Assembly: GCA_963779415.1 (NCBI GenBank) | Contig: CAVZYA010000003.1 | Coordinates: 96,001 to 160,000 of the forward strand | Origin: an uncultured Acidobacteriota bacterium | GTDB lineage: Bacteria > Acidobacteriota > Thermoanaerobaculia > UBA5066 | Direction of reading: 5' to 3' | DNA: 64,000 nucleotides | In this document: positions 45,850 to 55,351 of the stretch, piece by piece | How positions within the stretch are numbered: the first letter of the stretch is position 1 | Layout of the letters: the number at the start of each line of letters is the position of its first letter | Notes under the pieces: generated by a model | Database searches by the model: none | What the model saw: only the letters and a program-made list of their open reading frames with translations | What the model was told of the DNA's origin: nothing | Program-made: the position numbers and the translations under genes

Positions 45850-46544
45850 AGAACGGGCGGGCCGCTCTCGGAGCCCTCGCCATGGCTCTCGCCTTCGGAA
45901 CGGGGTGCCGAAGCCGGCAAAGACCGGTCGTCACGCCACCGGTCACCCCCCCGCCCGCCCCTTCCGCCGGCGCCACCGAGCGCGGCCTCGCCTCGTGGTA
46001 CGGCGCCGAGTTCGCCGGCCTTCCCACGGCCAGCGGCGAGATCTTCCGTCCGGAGAGGATCTCCGCGGCTCATCGAACCCTTCCCCTCGGGACCGTCGTC
46101 GACGTCCGGAACGAGGCGAACGGGAAGACGGTACGAGCCACGATCAACGACCGGGGCCCCTTCATCGCCGGCCGGATCCTCGACCTCTCCCGGGCGGCGG
46201 CGACCGCCCTCGACTCCGTCTCCGCGGGCGTCGTCCCGGTCACGCTGACCGTCGTCGCGGTCGGGACGAACGCCCGGATCCGCGCCGCGACCGGCGACGA
46301 CATCGCGCGGGCCGCTGGAGCGCCGCCGGCCTGGGCCGTTCAGGCCGGGGCCTTCGCCGACGCGGAGAACGCCCGGCGCCTCCGCGAGCGGCTCGCGGCG
46401 CGCTATCCCTCTCCCTGGGTCGAGGACTTCCAGGGTCTCCGTCGCGTGAAGTTCGGCCCCTATGCCACGCGGGGTGAGGCCGAGGCGGCCGCCGGGACGC
46501 TCGGAGAGATGGGCCTCGCCGGAATCGTGGTGGCCGCGCGATGA
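45846..46544 (+). CDS. rlpA: Septal ring lytic transglycosylase RlpA-family lipoprotein with SPOR domain
   Basis: GLASWYG, SAAHRTLPLG, INDRGPF, RILDLS; SPOR VQAGAF; lipobox GTGC; start CTG 45846 or ATG 45882. Confidence 0.9.
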   Translation: MKNGRAALGALAMALAFGTGCRSRQRPVVTPPVTPPPAPSAGATERGLASWYGAEFAGLPTASGEIFRPERISAAHRTLPLGTVVDVRNEANGKTVRATINDRGPFIAGRILDLSRAAATALDSVSAGVVPVTLTVVAVGTNARIRAATGDDIARAAGAPPAWAVQAGAFADAENARRLRERLAARYPSPWVEDFQGLRRVKFGPYATRGEAEAAAGTLGEMGLAGIVVAAR

Positions 46545-47611
46545 GACGCCTTCTCGCCCGCACCCTCTCCGCGCTCGGCTCCACGCTCGTCGTCGTCCTG
46601 ATCACCGTGGTCCTCGCCGAGGCGGCGCTCGCCGCGATCCGGCACGTCCCCTTCCTCTTCCGGTTCCCGCCCCTCACGCCGCTCGCCCGCGAGCTCTATT
46701 TCGTCGACCGCGCGATGGTCCAGCTCCTCCCCGACTGCGCGCGGTGGGATCCCGACCTCGGCTACACCCTCCGCCCGGGGCGCTGCACCTTCGCGAACAC
46801 GGAATACCGGACGACGCTCCTCGTGAACCGGTTCGGCGTGCGCGACAGCGAGGCGGCGCTCCAGGCGCCCGAGGTCGTCGTCCTCGGCGATTCCTTCGCC
46901 CTCGGATGGGGCGTCTCGGGAGAGGAGACGTTCGCCTCCCGCCTCGGGAAGATGACCGGCCTCAGAATCCTGAACACGGGCGTCGCCTCTTACGGAACGG
47001 TGCGGGAGCTTCGGCTCCTCGCGAAGGTCGACCGGTCGCGCCTCACGACCATCGTCTGGCAGTTCTGCAACAACGACTACGTGGAGAACGCCGCCTACGC
47101 GAAGGACGGGAACCGCCTCGCGACGCTCCCGGAGGCGGAGTACGACGGCTGGGTCCGGCTCCATGAGCGGGACCGCCGCTACTTTCCGGGGCGTTATCTT
47201 CTGGCGGCTCTCACGGCGCGTTATCGCGCGCTGACCCGGGCCCCCGTCGCCGATCCATCGAACCCGGACCCCGACGATCCGGCCGTCCGGCGGAACCAGG
47301 TCGCGTACTTCCTCAACGCGCTCGAGACCTCGCCAGTGAACCTCTCCCCCTACCGGATCGTCCTCTTCGAGCTGAACGGCCGGAACGAGCACGCTGACTG
47401 GTTCCTCCCGATGCTGCACGAGGAGATCCGGCATGGCGCCCACCCGGACTGGGTCCGGCGGCTCGTCCTCGTCGACGTCGCGGCACGGCTCCGCCCCTCG
47501 GATTTCTACGTCCTCGACGACCACCTCACCCCGGAAGGACAGAAGAAGGTTGCCGAGATCCTCCTCGCGTACGTCGGGCGCCCGGCTTCCGCGGCCGGAA
47601 AGGCGCCATGA
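46541..47611 (+). CDS. Membrane-anchored SGNH/GDSL hydrolase-like protein
   Basis: N-terminal TM; VLGDSFALGWG, NTGVASYG, NND, DDHLTPEG. Confidence 0.8.
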   Translation: MRRLLARTLSALGSTLVVVLITVVLAEAALAAIRHVPFLFRFPPLTPLARELYFVDRAMVQLLPDCARWDPDLGYTLRPGRCTFANTEYRTTLLVNRFGVRDSEAALQAPEVVVLGDSFALGWGVSGEETFASRLGKMTGLRILNTGVASYGTVRELRLLAKVDRSRLTTIVWQFCNNDYVENAAYAKDGNRLATLPEAEYDGWVRLHERDRRYFPGRYLLAALTARYRALTRAPVADPSNPDPDDPAVRRNQVAYFLNALETSPVNLSPYRIVLFELNGRNEHADWFLPMLHEEIRHGAHPDWVRRLVLVDVAARLRPSDFYVLDDHLTPEGQKKVAEILLAYVGRPASAAGKAP

Positions 47612-48243
47612 ACGGCGAAGCGGCGCCGCCCTCCTTCAAGGCCTGGACCTTCCGGGACGTCGTCGACGTCGACTTTCCGGCGTTCGCCCTCCGGACGTAC
47701 CTCGAGCAGGCCGGCGTCCGCCGCTTTCTCGCGGCCGCGGCCGGCGGCCGCCGCCTTCCCGCCGCCGCCGAGATCGGATGCGGCTACGGGCGGCTCCTGC
47801 CGGTTCTCGGCGAGTTCGCCGACCGGGTCGCCGGCTTCGAGCGTCAGCCGGAGTTCGCCGCCGAAGCGGCCCGGCTCCACCCGGCCGCCGGGATCTCCCG
47901 CATCTCGACGCTCGAGAACCTTCCGGCGCGCGACGGCGCGTTCGACGCCGTCCTGACCTTTACCGTCCTCCAGCACCTCGTCGACCCGGTCGCGGTGCGG
48001 GTCGCCACCGAGATCCGGAGGATTCTCGCTCCCTTCGGTCACGTCCTCATCTGCGAGGAGACGGACCCCGGACACCTCTCGGGCGACACCTCCGACCCGG
48101 ACGGGATGTGCACGGTCGGCCGGAGCGCCGGGACGTACGCCCGCCTCTTCGCGCCCCTTCGGCTTCTCGCCTCGGCCCCCCGTGTCGTCGAGCCGACCTA
48201 TCCGCGTCCCGACGTCGGGACGTTCCTCCTCTTCGGGCCATGA
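47608..48243 (+). CDS. Class I SAM-dependent methyltransferase
   Basis: EIGCGYGR, FDAVLTFTVLQH, ILAPFG. Confidence 0.82.
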   Translation: MNGEAAPPSFKAWTFRDVVDVDFPAFALRTYLEQAGVRRFLAAAAGGRRLPAAAEIGCGYGRLLPVLGEFADRVAGFERQPEFAAEAARLHPAAGISRISTLENLPARDGAFDAVLTFTVLQHLVDPVAVRVATEIRRILAPFGHVLICEETDPGHLSGDTSDPDGMCTVGRSAGTYARLFAPLRLLASAPRVVEPTYPRPDVGTFLLFGP

Positions 48244-49211
48244 CGGAGCTTCGCCATCCCCTCGCCGCGCTCGAGGAAGCGGCGGAGATCGTCCACCGGT
48301 TCGTGCCGCCGACGCCGCAGTTCGTCTGGCCGCTCCTCAATCGCCGCGTCGGCGCCGAGGTCTGGGTCAAGCACGAGAACCACACGGCCGTCGGTGCCTT
48401 CAAGGTGCGCGGCGGCCTCGTCTACTTCGACGCGCTCCGGAAACGGCACCCTCGCCTCCTGGGGACGATCGCCGCGACGCGCGGCAACCACGGCCAGTCG
48501 GTGGCGTTCGCGGCGGCGCGCGCCGGCCTCCCGGCGACGATCGTCGTGCCGCTCGGGAACTCGCCGGAGAAGAACGCGGCGATGCGCGCCCTCGGCGCGA
48601 CGCTGATCGAGCACGGACGCGACTTTCAGGCGGCGCTGGAACGATCGCGCGAGATCGCCGCGGAGCAGGGACTCCATCTCGTCCCGTCGTTCGCCCCCGA
48701 GCTGGTCCGGGGCGTCGCGTCGTACGCGCTCGAGCTCTTCCGCGCCGCCCCGCCGCTCGACCGCGTCTACGTCCCGATCGGCCTCGGCTCGGGGATCTGC
48801 GGCGTCCTCGCGGCCCGGGACGCCCTCGGCCTCGCGACGGAGGTCGTCGGTGTCTGTGCCGAAGGAGCCCCGGCCTACGCCCTCTCCTTCGCGGCAGGGC
48901 GCCCCGTCTCGACCGAAAGCGCCGACACGATGGCGGACGGAATGGCCTGCCGCGTCCCCGTCCCCGAGGCGCTGGAAGCGATCGTCGGCGGATCCGCGCG
49001 CGTCGTGACCGTCCCGGACGACGAGATTCGCACTGCCATGAGAGCCCTCTTCTCCGACACGCACAACGTCGCCGAGGGGGCGGGCGCGGCGCCGCTGGCT
49101 GCGGCCCTGAAGGAGCGGCCGGTGAACGCGGGAAGGCGGATCGCGGTCATCCTCTCGGGTGGGAACGTCGACCGTGACGTCTTCGCGAGCGTCCTCGCCG
49201 GGCAGGACTGA
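48240..49211 (+). CDS. PLP-dependent threonine/serine dehydratase family protein
   Basis: ATG 48240; KHENHTAVGAFKVRGG, ATRGNHGQSVA, PIGLGSG, LSGGNVD. Confidence 0.88.
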   Translation: MTELRHPLAALEEAAEIVHRFVPPTPQFVWPLLNRRVGAEVWVKHENHTAVGAFKVRGGLVYFDALRKRHPRLLGTIAATRGNHGQSVAFAAARAGLPATIVVPLGNSPEKNAAMRALGATLIEHGRDFQAALERSREIAAEQGLHLVPSFAPELVRGVASYALELFRAAPPLDRVYVPIGLGSGICGVLAARDALGLATEVVGVCAEGAPAYALSFAAGRPVSTESADTMADGMACRVPVPEALEAIVGGSARVVTVPDDEIRTAMRALFSDTHNVAEGAGAAPLAAALKERPVNAGRRIAVILSGGNVDRDVFASVLAGQD

Positions 49212-49223
49212 CCGCGTCCCCCG

Positions 49224-50403
49224 ATGAACCGCCGCCTCATCGCCACCCTCTCGGTCGGCCACCTCATGACGGACCTGAACCAGGGGATGCTCCCGGCTCT
49301 CCTCCCCTTCTTCATCGCCGAGCGCGGGCTGACCTTCGCGGCCGCCGGAGGGCTGGTGCTCGCCGCGAACGTCGCGGCCTCGGCGACCCAGCCGCTCTTC
49401 GGGTGGTTCGCGGACCGGCGGCCCGCCCGATGGCTCATCCCGGTCGGGATCGCCACCGCCGGCGCCGGCCTCGCCCTCGCCGGCGTCGCGCCACTTCTAC
49501 GGACTCATCGCCGCCGCGGTCGCCGTCATGGGGCTCGGCGCGTCCGCCTTCCACCCCGAGGCGACGCGATGGGCCAGCGCGGCGGCCGGCCCGCGCCGGG
49601 CGACGGGACTCAGCTTCTTCTCGATCGGCGGGAACCTCGGTATCGCGATCGGGCCGCTCGTCATCACGCCGCTCGTCCTCGCGTGGGGGCTCCGGGCCTC
49701 TCTGGCCCTCCTTCTCCCGATACTCCTCATGGCCGCCGTGCTGGCCTCCGAGCTTCGCCGGTTCGACTCGCCCGCCGCGGCTCGCCACGGTCCGCGCGCG
49801 ACTGGCTCGGAGAGCGCCTCGCCGGACCGGTGGGACCTTTTCGGCCGCCTCTCCATCACCATCATGACGCGCTCCGTGGTCTACGCGGCTCTCTCCACCT
49901 TCATTCCGATCTTCTGGGTCATCGTCCTCGGCCGGTCGAAGGCCGAGGGAGGCGTCGCGCTTTCCGTCGTCATGGGAGCCGGCGTCGCCGGCACGCTCCT
50001 CGGCGGCCGCCTCGCCGACCGGCACGGACGGCGCGTAGTCGTCCTCGTCGCGATGACGCTCCTTGCGCCGCTCCTCCTCGCCCTCGGGACTGCCAGCGAC
50101 GTCCGGCTCGCGGGCGCGCTTCTGATCCCGGTCGGAATCGCCCTCTACGTCCCTTTCAGCGTCGTCGTCGTCATGGCACAGGAGTACCTGCCGAACCGCG
50201 TTGGCACGGCGTCCGGAATGACGCTCGGCCTCGCCGTGACCGCCGGAGGCCTCGCCGCACCCTTCCTGGGGAAGCTCGCGGACCACCAGGGCCTCGCCGC
50301 TCCGCTCGTCGTGGCAGCCGTACTTCCCCTCCTCGGCGCGGCGGCCGCATGGACACTCCCCTCGGACCGGCCCTCCGTCACCGCCCGCGCAGCGGGCGGC
50401 TGA
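49224..50403 (+). CDS. MFS transporter, Fsr (fosmidomycin-resistance)-like; frameshift near 49495
   Basis: HLMTDLNQG, QPLFGWFADR, AFHPEA, FSIGGNLG, GGRLADRHG, AQEYLPNRVG. Confidence 0.82.
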
Positions 50404-51505
50404 AGGCGCTCCGGACGAGGCGCGCGAGAAGGTCCGGGAGTGGAAGGCCGCTCGCCTCCCACATCTTCGGGAACATCGAGATCGGCGTGAAGCCGGGGAG
50501 CGAGTTGATCTCGTTCACCAGGACCCGCCCGGAGGAGCGCTCTACGAAGAAATCGACGCGCGCGAAGCCTGCGCCGCCGAGGATGTCGAAGGCCGCGATC
50601 GCGAGGCTCCGCACCTCCTCGGCCGTGTCGGCCGGGAGATCCGCGGGAATGACGCTTTTCGACCGGTCGTCGATGTACTTGTCCTCGTAGTCGTAGAACT
50701 CGTGCCCCGGAATGATCTCGCCCGGGACCGACGCCTCGGTGGCGCCCCCCTCCTCCCCCTCGAGGACCGAGCACTCGATCTCGCGCCCGTCGATCCCCTC
50801 CTCCACGAGGGCGCGCTCGTCGATCGCGAGCGCCTCCTCGATCGCCTCCGGGATCTGGCCGTAGTCCTTCACCTTCGTCACGCCGACCGACGAGCCGGCG
50901 CACGACGGCTTGACGAAGAGCGGCAGCGGCATCGTCTCGAGCCGCGTCATGGCGAGGCTACGACGCCCGGGGCGCTTCCAGTCGTCGCGCGGGACGACCT
51001 GGTAGCGCGTCTGCGGAAGCCCGGCCGCGCCGAAGGCCGCCTTCATGAACGCCTTCTCCATGCCGACGGCCGACGCCGCCACGCCGAAGCCGACGAAGGG
51101 GATTCCGAACGACTCGAGGAGCCCCTGGACGACACCGTCCTCGCCGAATGTCCCGTGAACCATCGGGAAGACGACGTCGGGTCTGGCCTTTTCGTACGTC
51201 TCGAGGAAGGACGCCACGATCCGGGAGGCCTCCGCGCGCGGACTCCCCGGCTTGACTCCGTCGAGAAGGAGATCGCGCGGCGGGCGCGCCATCTGGCGGC
51301 GCATCTCCGCCGCCGACTCCTCGGGCCCCCACCAGAGCCCGTCCTTTCCGATGAAGAGAGGCACCGGCTCGTACTCCTCCCGGGGGAGGTTCTCGAGGAG
51401 GCAGTGCGCCGAGACGAAGGAGACTCCGTGCTCGCGGGACGGGCCGCCGAAGAGAACCGCCACGCGTTTCGTGTTTCCCGGTCTGGTCCTGATTTTCACG
51501 GTCAC
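50378..51505 (-). CDS. ddl: D-alanine--D-alanine ligase
   Basis: GTG 51505; LFGGPSREH, HGTFGEDG, GSSVGV, FYDYEDKY, NEINSLPGFT. Confidence 0.95.
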   Translation of the reverse strand: MTVKIRTRPGNTKRVAVLFGGPSREHGVSFVSAHCLLENLPREEYEPVPLFIGKDGLWWGPEESAAEMRRQMARPPRDLLLDGVKPGSPRAEASRIVASFLETYEKARPDVVFPMVHGTFGEDGVVQGLLESFGIPFVGFGVAASAVGMEKAFMKAAFGAAGLPQTRYQVVPRDDWKRPGRRSLAMTRLETMPLPLFVKPSCAGSSVGVTKVKDYGQIPEAIEEALAIDERALVEEGIDGREIECSVLEGEEGGATEASVPGEIIPGHEFYDYEDKYIDDRSKSVIPADLPADTAEEVRSLAIAAFDILGGAGFARVDFFVERSSGRVLVNEINSLPGFTPISMFPKMWEASGLPLPDLLARLVRSAFSRPLRGR

Positions 51506-53739
51506 CTCTTCTTCGCGTAGACGAGAGCGACGGACGCCGCGAGACCCAGAAGCGTGGCCGCGGCTCCCGGCCCGAGGCCCGGCGGCGAATAGGTCCACGA
51601 GACGACGTGCGTTCCGTCCGGTACCACGATACCCATTCCGGCCACGTTCGCGAGGACGATCGGCGAGGCGACCCCGTCGACGCGGCCGGCCCATCCGGGG
51701 GCGAGCGGAGTCTGCATCACGGCGAGGCACCTCCCCTCGCATCCCGCGCGAGCCGACACGCGATGCGGCCGCGTCTCGAGAACCTCGAGGCGGCCCGTCC
51801 CGCCGAGACCGAGAGGCTCCGCCACGACCGCCTCCCGGGAAAAGTCGGTCGCGTCGAGGGCGGCGTTCCACGGGCCCGTCGAGACTCTCTCCATGACAGC
51901 CAGCCGCACCGTCCCGAGCGCCCGCGGGTTCCGGTAGACCGTGCCGCCCCCCGCGATCGCGGCTTCTTCCCATCCGGCGGCGAAGGGCGCTCCCTCCGGA
52001 AGCGGTGAGAGCGAGACCATCCACCGGACGCCCCACGCCCCCGAAAGGCCGCTCCACGGCGCGAGGATCGTTCCGAGGAGAGGGTCGGTCGCCGCGAGCG
52101 CTTCCTGCAGCGATCGAAACGCCGGCGGCGCCACCGGGTCGTTCGCCCGCAGGTCGGAAAGGCCGAGGCGTGCCGCGAAATTCGGCGGGAGCGCCGCGGC
52201 ATAGCCGAGCATCCGCTCGCCGGGAGCGGCCATCCGGCGAAGCTCCTCCACGGCCGGAGGCGCCGCCGCCGGCACCGAGGCCGGAAGGACGTTCCACCCG
52301 ACGAGACACGCCTCGACCGCCACGACGGCGGGGAGCGCCGCTCCCTGCGCGCGCCGCCCGACGAGCGCCGCAACGATCAGAAGAACGGGGACCGCCGCAG
52401 GTGCGAGCGCCGCGCGCGGAACGGGGCGAAGCGGGGACGTCAGTAGCAGCGCTGCCACGGCGATGCCGAGGACGAGCGCGGCCGGAATCAGCCGGCCGCC
52501 GTGGCGGCGCGCGAGCCATGCATCGGCGCCGAGACCCGCAAGGAGAACGAGCGCGAATCCGGGAAGGAAGCCCGCGCGGTACCAGAGGAGCTTCGGAAAG
52601 ACCGGCAGCGCGAGGAAGATCTCCCGGAATCCGGGGATGACGAAGAGAAATCCGGTCCCGAGGAGCCCCATGGCGAGGAAGGCGAGCGCGGCACGGCGAT
52701 GGCGGCGCCGCGGCCACGCGGCCACCGCGAGCGCCCACGCGGCCGCTCCCACGCTGAAGGCGATTCCGGCGGCGGCGAATCCCTGCCGCCACGTGCCGTC
52801 CGCCGGGTGCCCGTATCGCCACGGAACGAGAAACGTCGAGGCCACCATCTCCGAGAGGACGCGGCCGAGCGGAACCACCGCGGACGACGGTTTCCCTCCG
52901 AGGATGCGGGGAATGCTCAGAAGGACCGGCAGGATCCCCGCTGCCGAGACGAGAAGCGCGATTGCCAGCGGCGCCGCGACCCGGCCGAGCCGGCGCGCCT
53001 TTCCCCAGCCGAGAACCATGCCGGCGAGAGCCGTGCCGAGAAAGAGAAACCCCGCCGCCTCGACGCTGACGCCCCCTCCGAGAAGGGCGCCGAAGAGGAG
53101 CGAGAGCGCCGCCGCCGACCGGCCCCGGCCGCGCAGGGCTCCGACGAGAAAGTGGAAAGCCCACGGGGCCGCCGCGTAGACCCACCCCATCGGCGAGACG
53201 AGCCACGAGAGGATGCCGAGGCTGAAGCCCCACGCGATCCCTCCGGCGCCGGCGGCGGCCGGCTTCAGACCGAGGCGCCGCAGCAGGAGGAATGTCCCGA
53301 GCGCGGCGAGCTCGAGCTTCAGGAGCGCCATCACGTCCGTCCCGCTCTCGGCGCCGAAGAGCCAGACCGGTAGCTGCGGCGGGAAGAGGAGAGACGTCTG
53401 CCCCCCCGCGAAGAGAGGAAGGCCCCCGCCGATCCGGTCGCTGATCCACGGAGGATCGCCGGCCGCGACGAGGCGCCGGACCTCCTCCCACCAGACGTGG
53501 AGCTGCGTCGGAAGGTCGACCTGGTCCGGCGAGCCGGAGACGGTCCGGACCGTTCCCCACGACTCGCCGCCGAGCGGCCCCGGCCCGAGGTGGGCCCCCG
53601 AGAGGAGGACGCGTCCCGGAAGCAAGAGAAGGAGGAGATCGACCGCCAGCTGGAAGCGGAGAGCCGCGCGGCTTCGCCGGAGCCCGACATGGAGCGCCGC
53701 AAAGAGCCCGGCGGCAAAGAGCGCGGCGGCGAGGCTCAC
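51502..53739 (-). CDS. Polytopic membrane protein, YfhO/GT-C glycosyltransferase-like
   Basis: Many TMs; GDPPWISDRIGGGLPL; C-terminal PGWAGRVDG...VPDGTHVVSWTYSP typical of YfhO. Confidence 0.7.
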   Translation of the reverse strand: MSLAAALFAAGLFAALHVGLRRSRAALRFQLAVDLLLLLLPGRVLLSGAHLGPGPLGGESWGTVRTVSGSPDQVDLPTQLHVWWEEVRRLVAAGDPPWISDRIGGGLPLFAGGQTSLLFPPQLPVWLFGAESGTDVMALLKLELAALGTFLLLRRLGLKPAAAGAGGIAWGFSLGILSWLVSPMGWVYAAAPWAFHFLVGALRGRGRSAAALSLLFGALLGGGVSVEAAGFLFLGTALAGMVLGWGKARRLGRVAAPLAIALLVSAAGILPVLLSIPRILGGKPSSAVVPLGRVLSEMVASTFLVPWRYGHPADGTWRQGFAAAGIAFSVGAAAWALAVAAWPRRRHRRAALAFLAMGLLGTGFLFVIPGFREIFLALPVFPKLLWYRAGFLPGFALVLLAGLGADAWLARRHGGRLIPAALVLGIAVAALLLTSPLRPVPRAALAPAAVPVLLIVAALVGRRAQGAALPAVVAVEACLVGWNVLPASVPAAAPPAVEELRRMAAPGERMLGYAAALPPNFAARLGLSDLRANDPVAPPAFRSLQEALAATDPLLGTILAPWSGLSGAWGVRWMVSLSPLPEGAPFAAGWEEAAIAGGGTVYRNPRALGTVRLAVMERVSTGPWNAALDATDFSREAVVAEPLGLGGTGRLEVLETRPHRVSARAGCEGRCLAVMQTPLAPGWAGRVDGVASPIVLANVAGMGIVVPDGTHVVSWTYSPPGLGPGAAATLLGLAASVALVYAKKR

Positions 53740-53749
53740 TTGGGCGATC

Positions 53750-55351
53750 TTAGGTCAGCGTCACGAGCCGGGCCGACTCGATCCCCTCCACCCGCGCGAG
53801 CCCTTCGGCGAGCGACGATTCGATCGGCGCGCCGTCGGGGCGGTCGATCCGGACCACGGCTGCCGCCCGGCCGGCGCGGCCGCGGGCGAGGTCGAAGTCG
53901 ACGATGTTGACCCCGCGCTCGCCGAGGAAGGTCCCGATCCGGCCGACGACGCCGGGGACGTCGCGATTCGTGATGACGAGGAGCGTCCCTTCGGGAGTGA
54001 ACTCGATCGGTAGGCCGTCGAACTCAACGATACGGCCGTGCCGGTCGTCGAAGAGAGTCCCGGCGGCCGAGCGCGTGCCCGCCTTCGTCGTCAGGGAGAC
54101 GCTGACGAGGTTCGCATAGCCTCCGGCGTCGTCCTTCACGGAGTCCGTCACGGCGACGCCGTTCAGCCGCGCGAGCACCGGCGCGTTCACGAGGTTCACG
54201 TCCTCCCCGTACGAAGGGGAAAGAGCGCCGCGCACGGCAGAGACCGAACACGCCTTCCGGACGGAATCCGGCACCCCGGCCAGCGTCACGGAAAGGGCCG
54301 TCGGAGGCGCTCCGGCCGCAGACCCAAGGAACCGCCCCACCGTCTCGGCGAGGCGCATCCACGGAAGCGCCGCGTGAGGATCGCCCCCGGCCGGGAACGG
54401 CAGGTTGACGGCGGCGACGAACGGAGACCCCTGGAGGGCCTCGGTGAGCATCTCGACCGTCTCCACCGCTACGCGGTCCTGCGCTTCCACCGTCGAGGCG
54501 CCGAGGTGCGGCGTGCAGACGATCTTCGGGTGCCTCATCAGCGCGAATTCCTTCGGAGGCTCGACCGTGTAGACGTCCAGCGCCGCCCCCGCGAGGTGTC
54601 CCGAATCGAGGGCCGCGACGAGCGCGGACTCGTCCACGAGCGCGCCGCGCGCGCAGTTGACGAGGAAAGCCCCCTTCTTCATCTGCCCGAAACGGGCGGC
54701 GTTCAGGAGCCCCGTCGTCTCCGGCGTCACGGGCGTATGAAGCGAGACGACGTCGGACTGGGCGAGCAGGTCGTCGAGCGAAACCGGTTTCACCCCCAGC
54801 TCCGAGGCACGCTCGGGCGTGACGTAGGGGTCGTAGGCGAGGAGCGCGACGTGCCAGCCGCGGAGGCGCGCGGCGACGCGCGCCCCCACCTGCCCGAGGC
54901 CGACGAGGCCGACCGTCTTTCCCTGAAGCTCGGTCCCGACGAACTTCGTCCTCTTCCATTCTCCCGACTTGAGCGAGACCTGCGCTTCCGGGATCTTCCG
55001 GAGCATCGCGAGGAGAAGGGCCACGGCGTGCTCGGCCGCCGAGACGACGTTTCCCGACGGCGCGTTGACGACGAGGATGCCGCGCTCCGTCGCGGCCTTC
55101 ACGTCGACGTTGTCGAGGCCGACACCGGCCCGGCCCACGACACGGAGCTTCTTCCCCGCCGTCAGGAGCTCGCGGTCGACCTTCGTCGCGGAGCGGACGA
55201 CGAGAGCGTCGTAGTCTCCGATCACGGCGAGAAGCTTCTCGCGCGGAAGCTCCGTCCTCACGTCGACCGCGAGGCCCGCCTCCCCGAGGACGGCGAGCCC
55301 CGTCTCCGAAAGCGGCTCCGCGACGAGGACCCGGGCGGGCGCCCCCGTCAC
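53750..55351 (-). CDS. serA: D-3-phosphoglycerate dehydrogenase with ASB/ACT domains
   Basis: GTG 55351; VRSATKV, GRAGVGLDNVD, GLGQVG, TPHLGASTVEAQ, NRDVPGVVG. Confidence 0.94.
   Translation of the reverse strand: MTGAPARVLVAEPLSETGLAVLGEAGLAVDVRTELPREKLLAVIGDYDALVVRSATKVDRELLTAGKKLRVVGRAGVGLDNVDVKAATERGILVVNAPSGNVVSAAEHAVALLLAMLRKIPEAQVSLKSGEWKRTKFVGTELQGKTVGLVGLGQVGARVAARLRGWHVALLAYDPYVTPERASELGVKPVSLDDLLAQSDVVSLHTPVTPETTGLLNAARFGQMKKGAFLVNCARGALVDESALVAALDSGHLAGAALDVYTVEPPKEFALMRHPKIVCTPHLGASTVEAQDRVAVETVEMLTEALQGSPFVAAVNLPFPAGGDPHAALPWMRLAETVGRFLGSAAGAPPTALSVTLAGVPDSVRKACSVSAVRGALSPSYGEDVNLVNAPVLARLNGVAVTDSVKDDAGGYANLVSVSLTTKAGTRSAAGTLFDDRHGRIVEFDGLPIEFTPEGTLLVITNRDVPGVVGRIGTFLGERGVNIVDFDLARGRAGRAAAVVRIDRPDGAPIESSLAEGLARVEGIESARLVTLT

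Noticed and set aside
50378-50403. Convergent overlap of the MFS and ddl 3' ends
   Set aside because: Short tail-to-tail overlaps are common in compact GC-rich genomes
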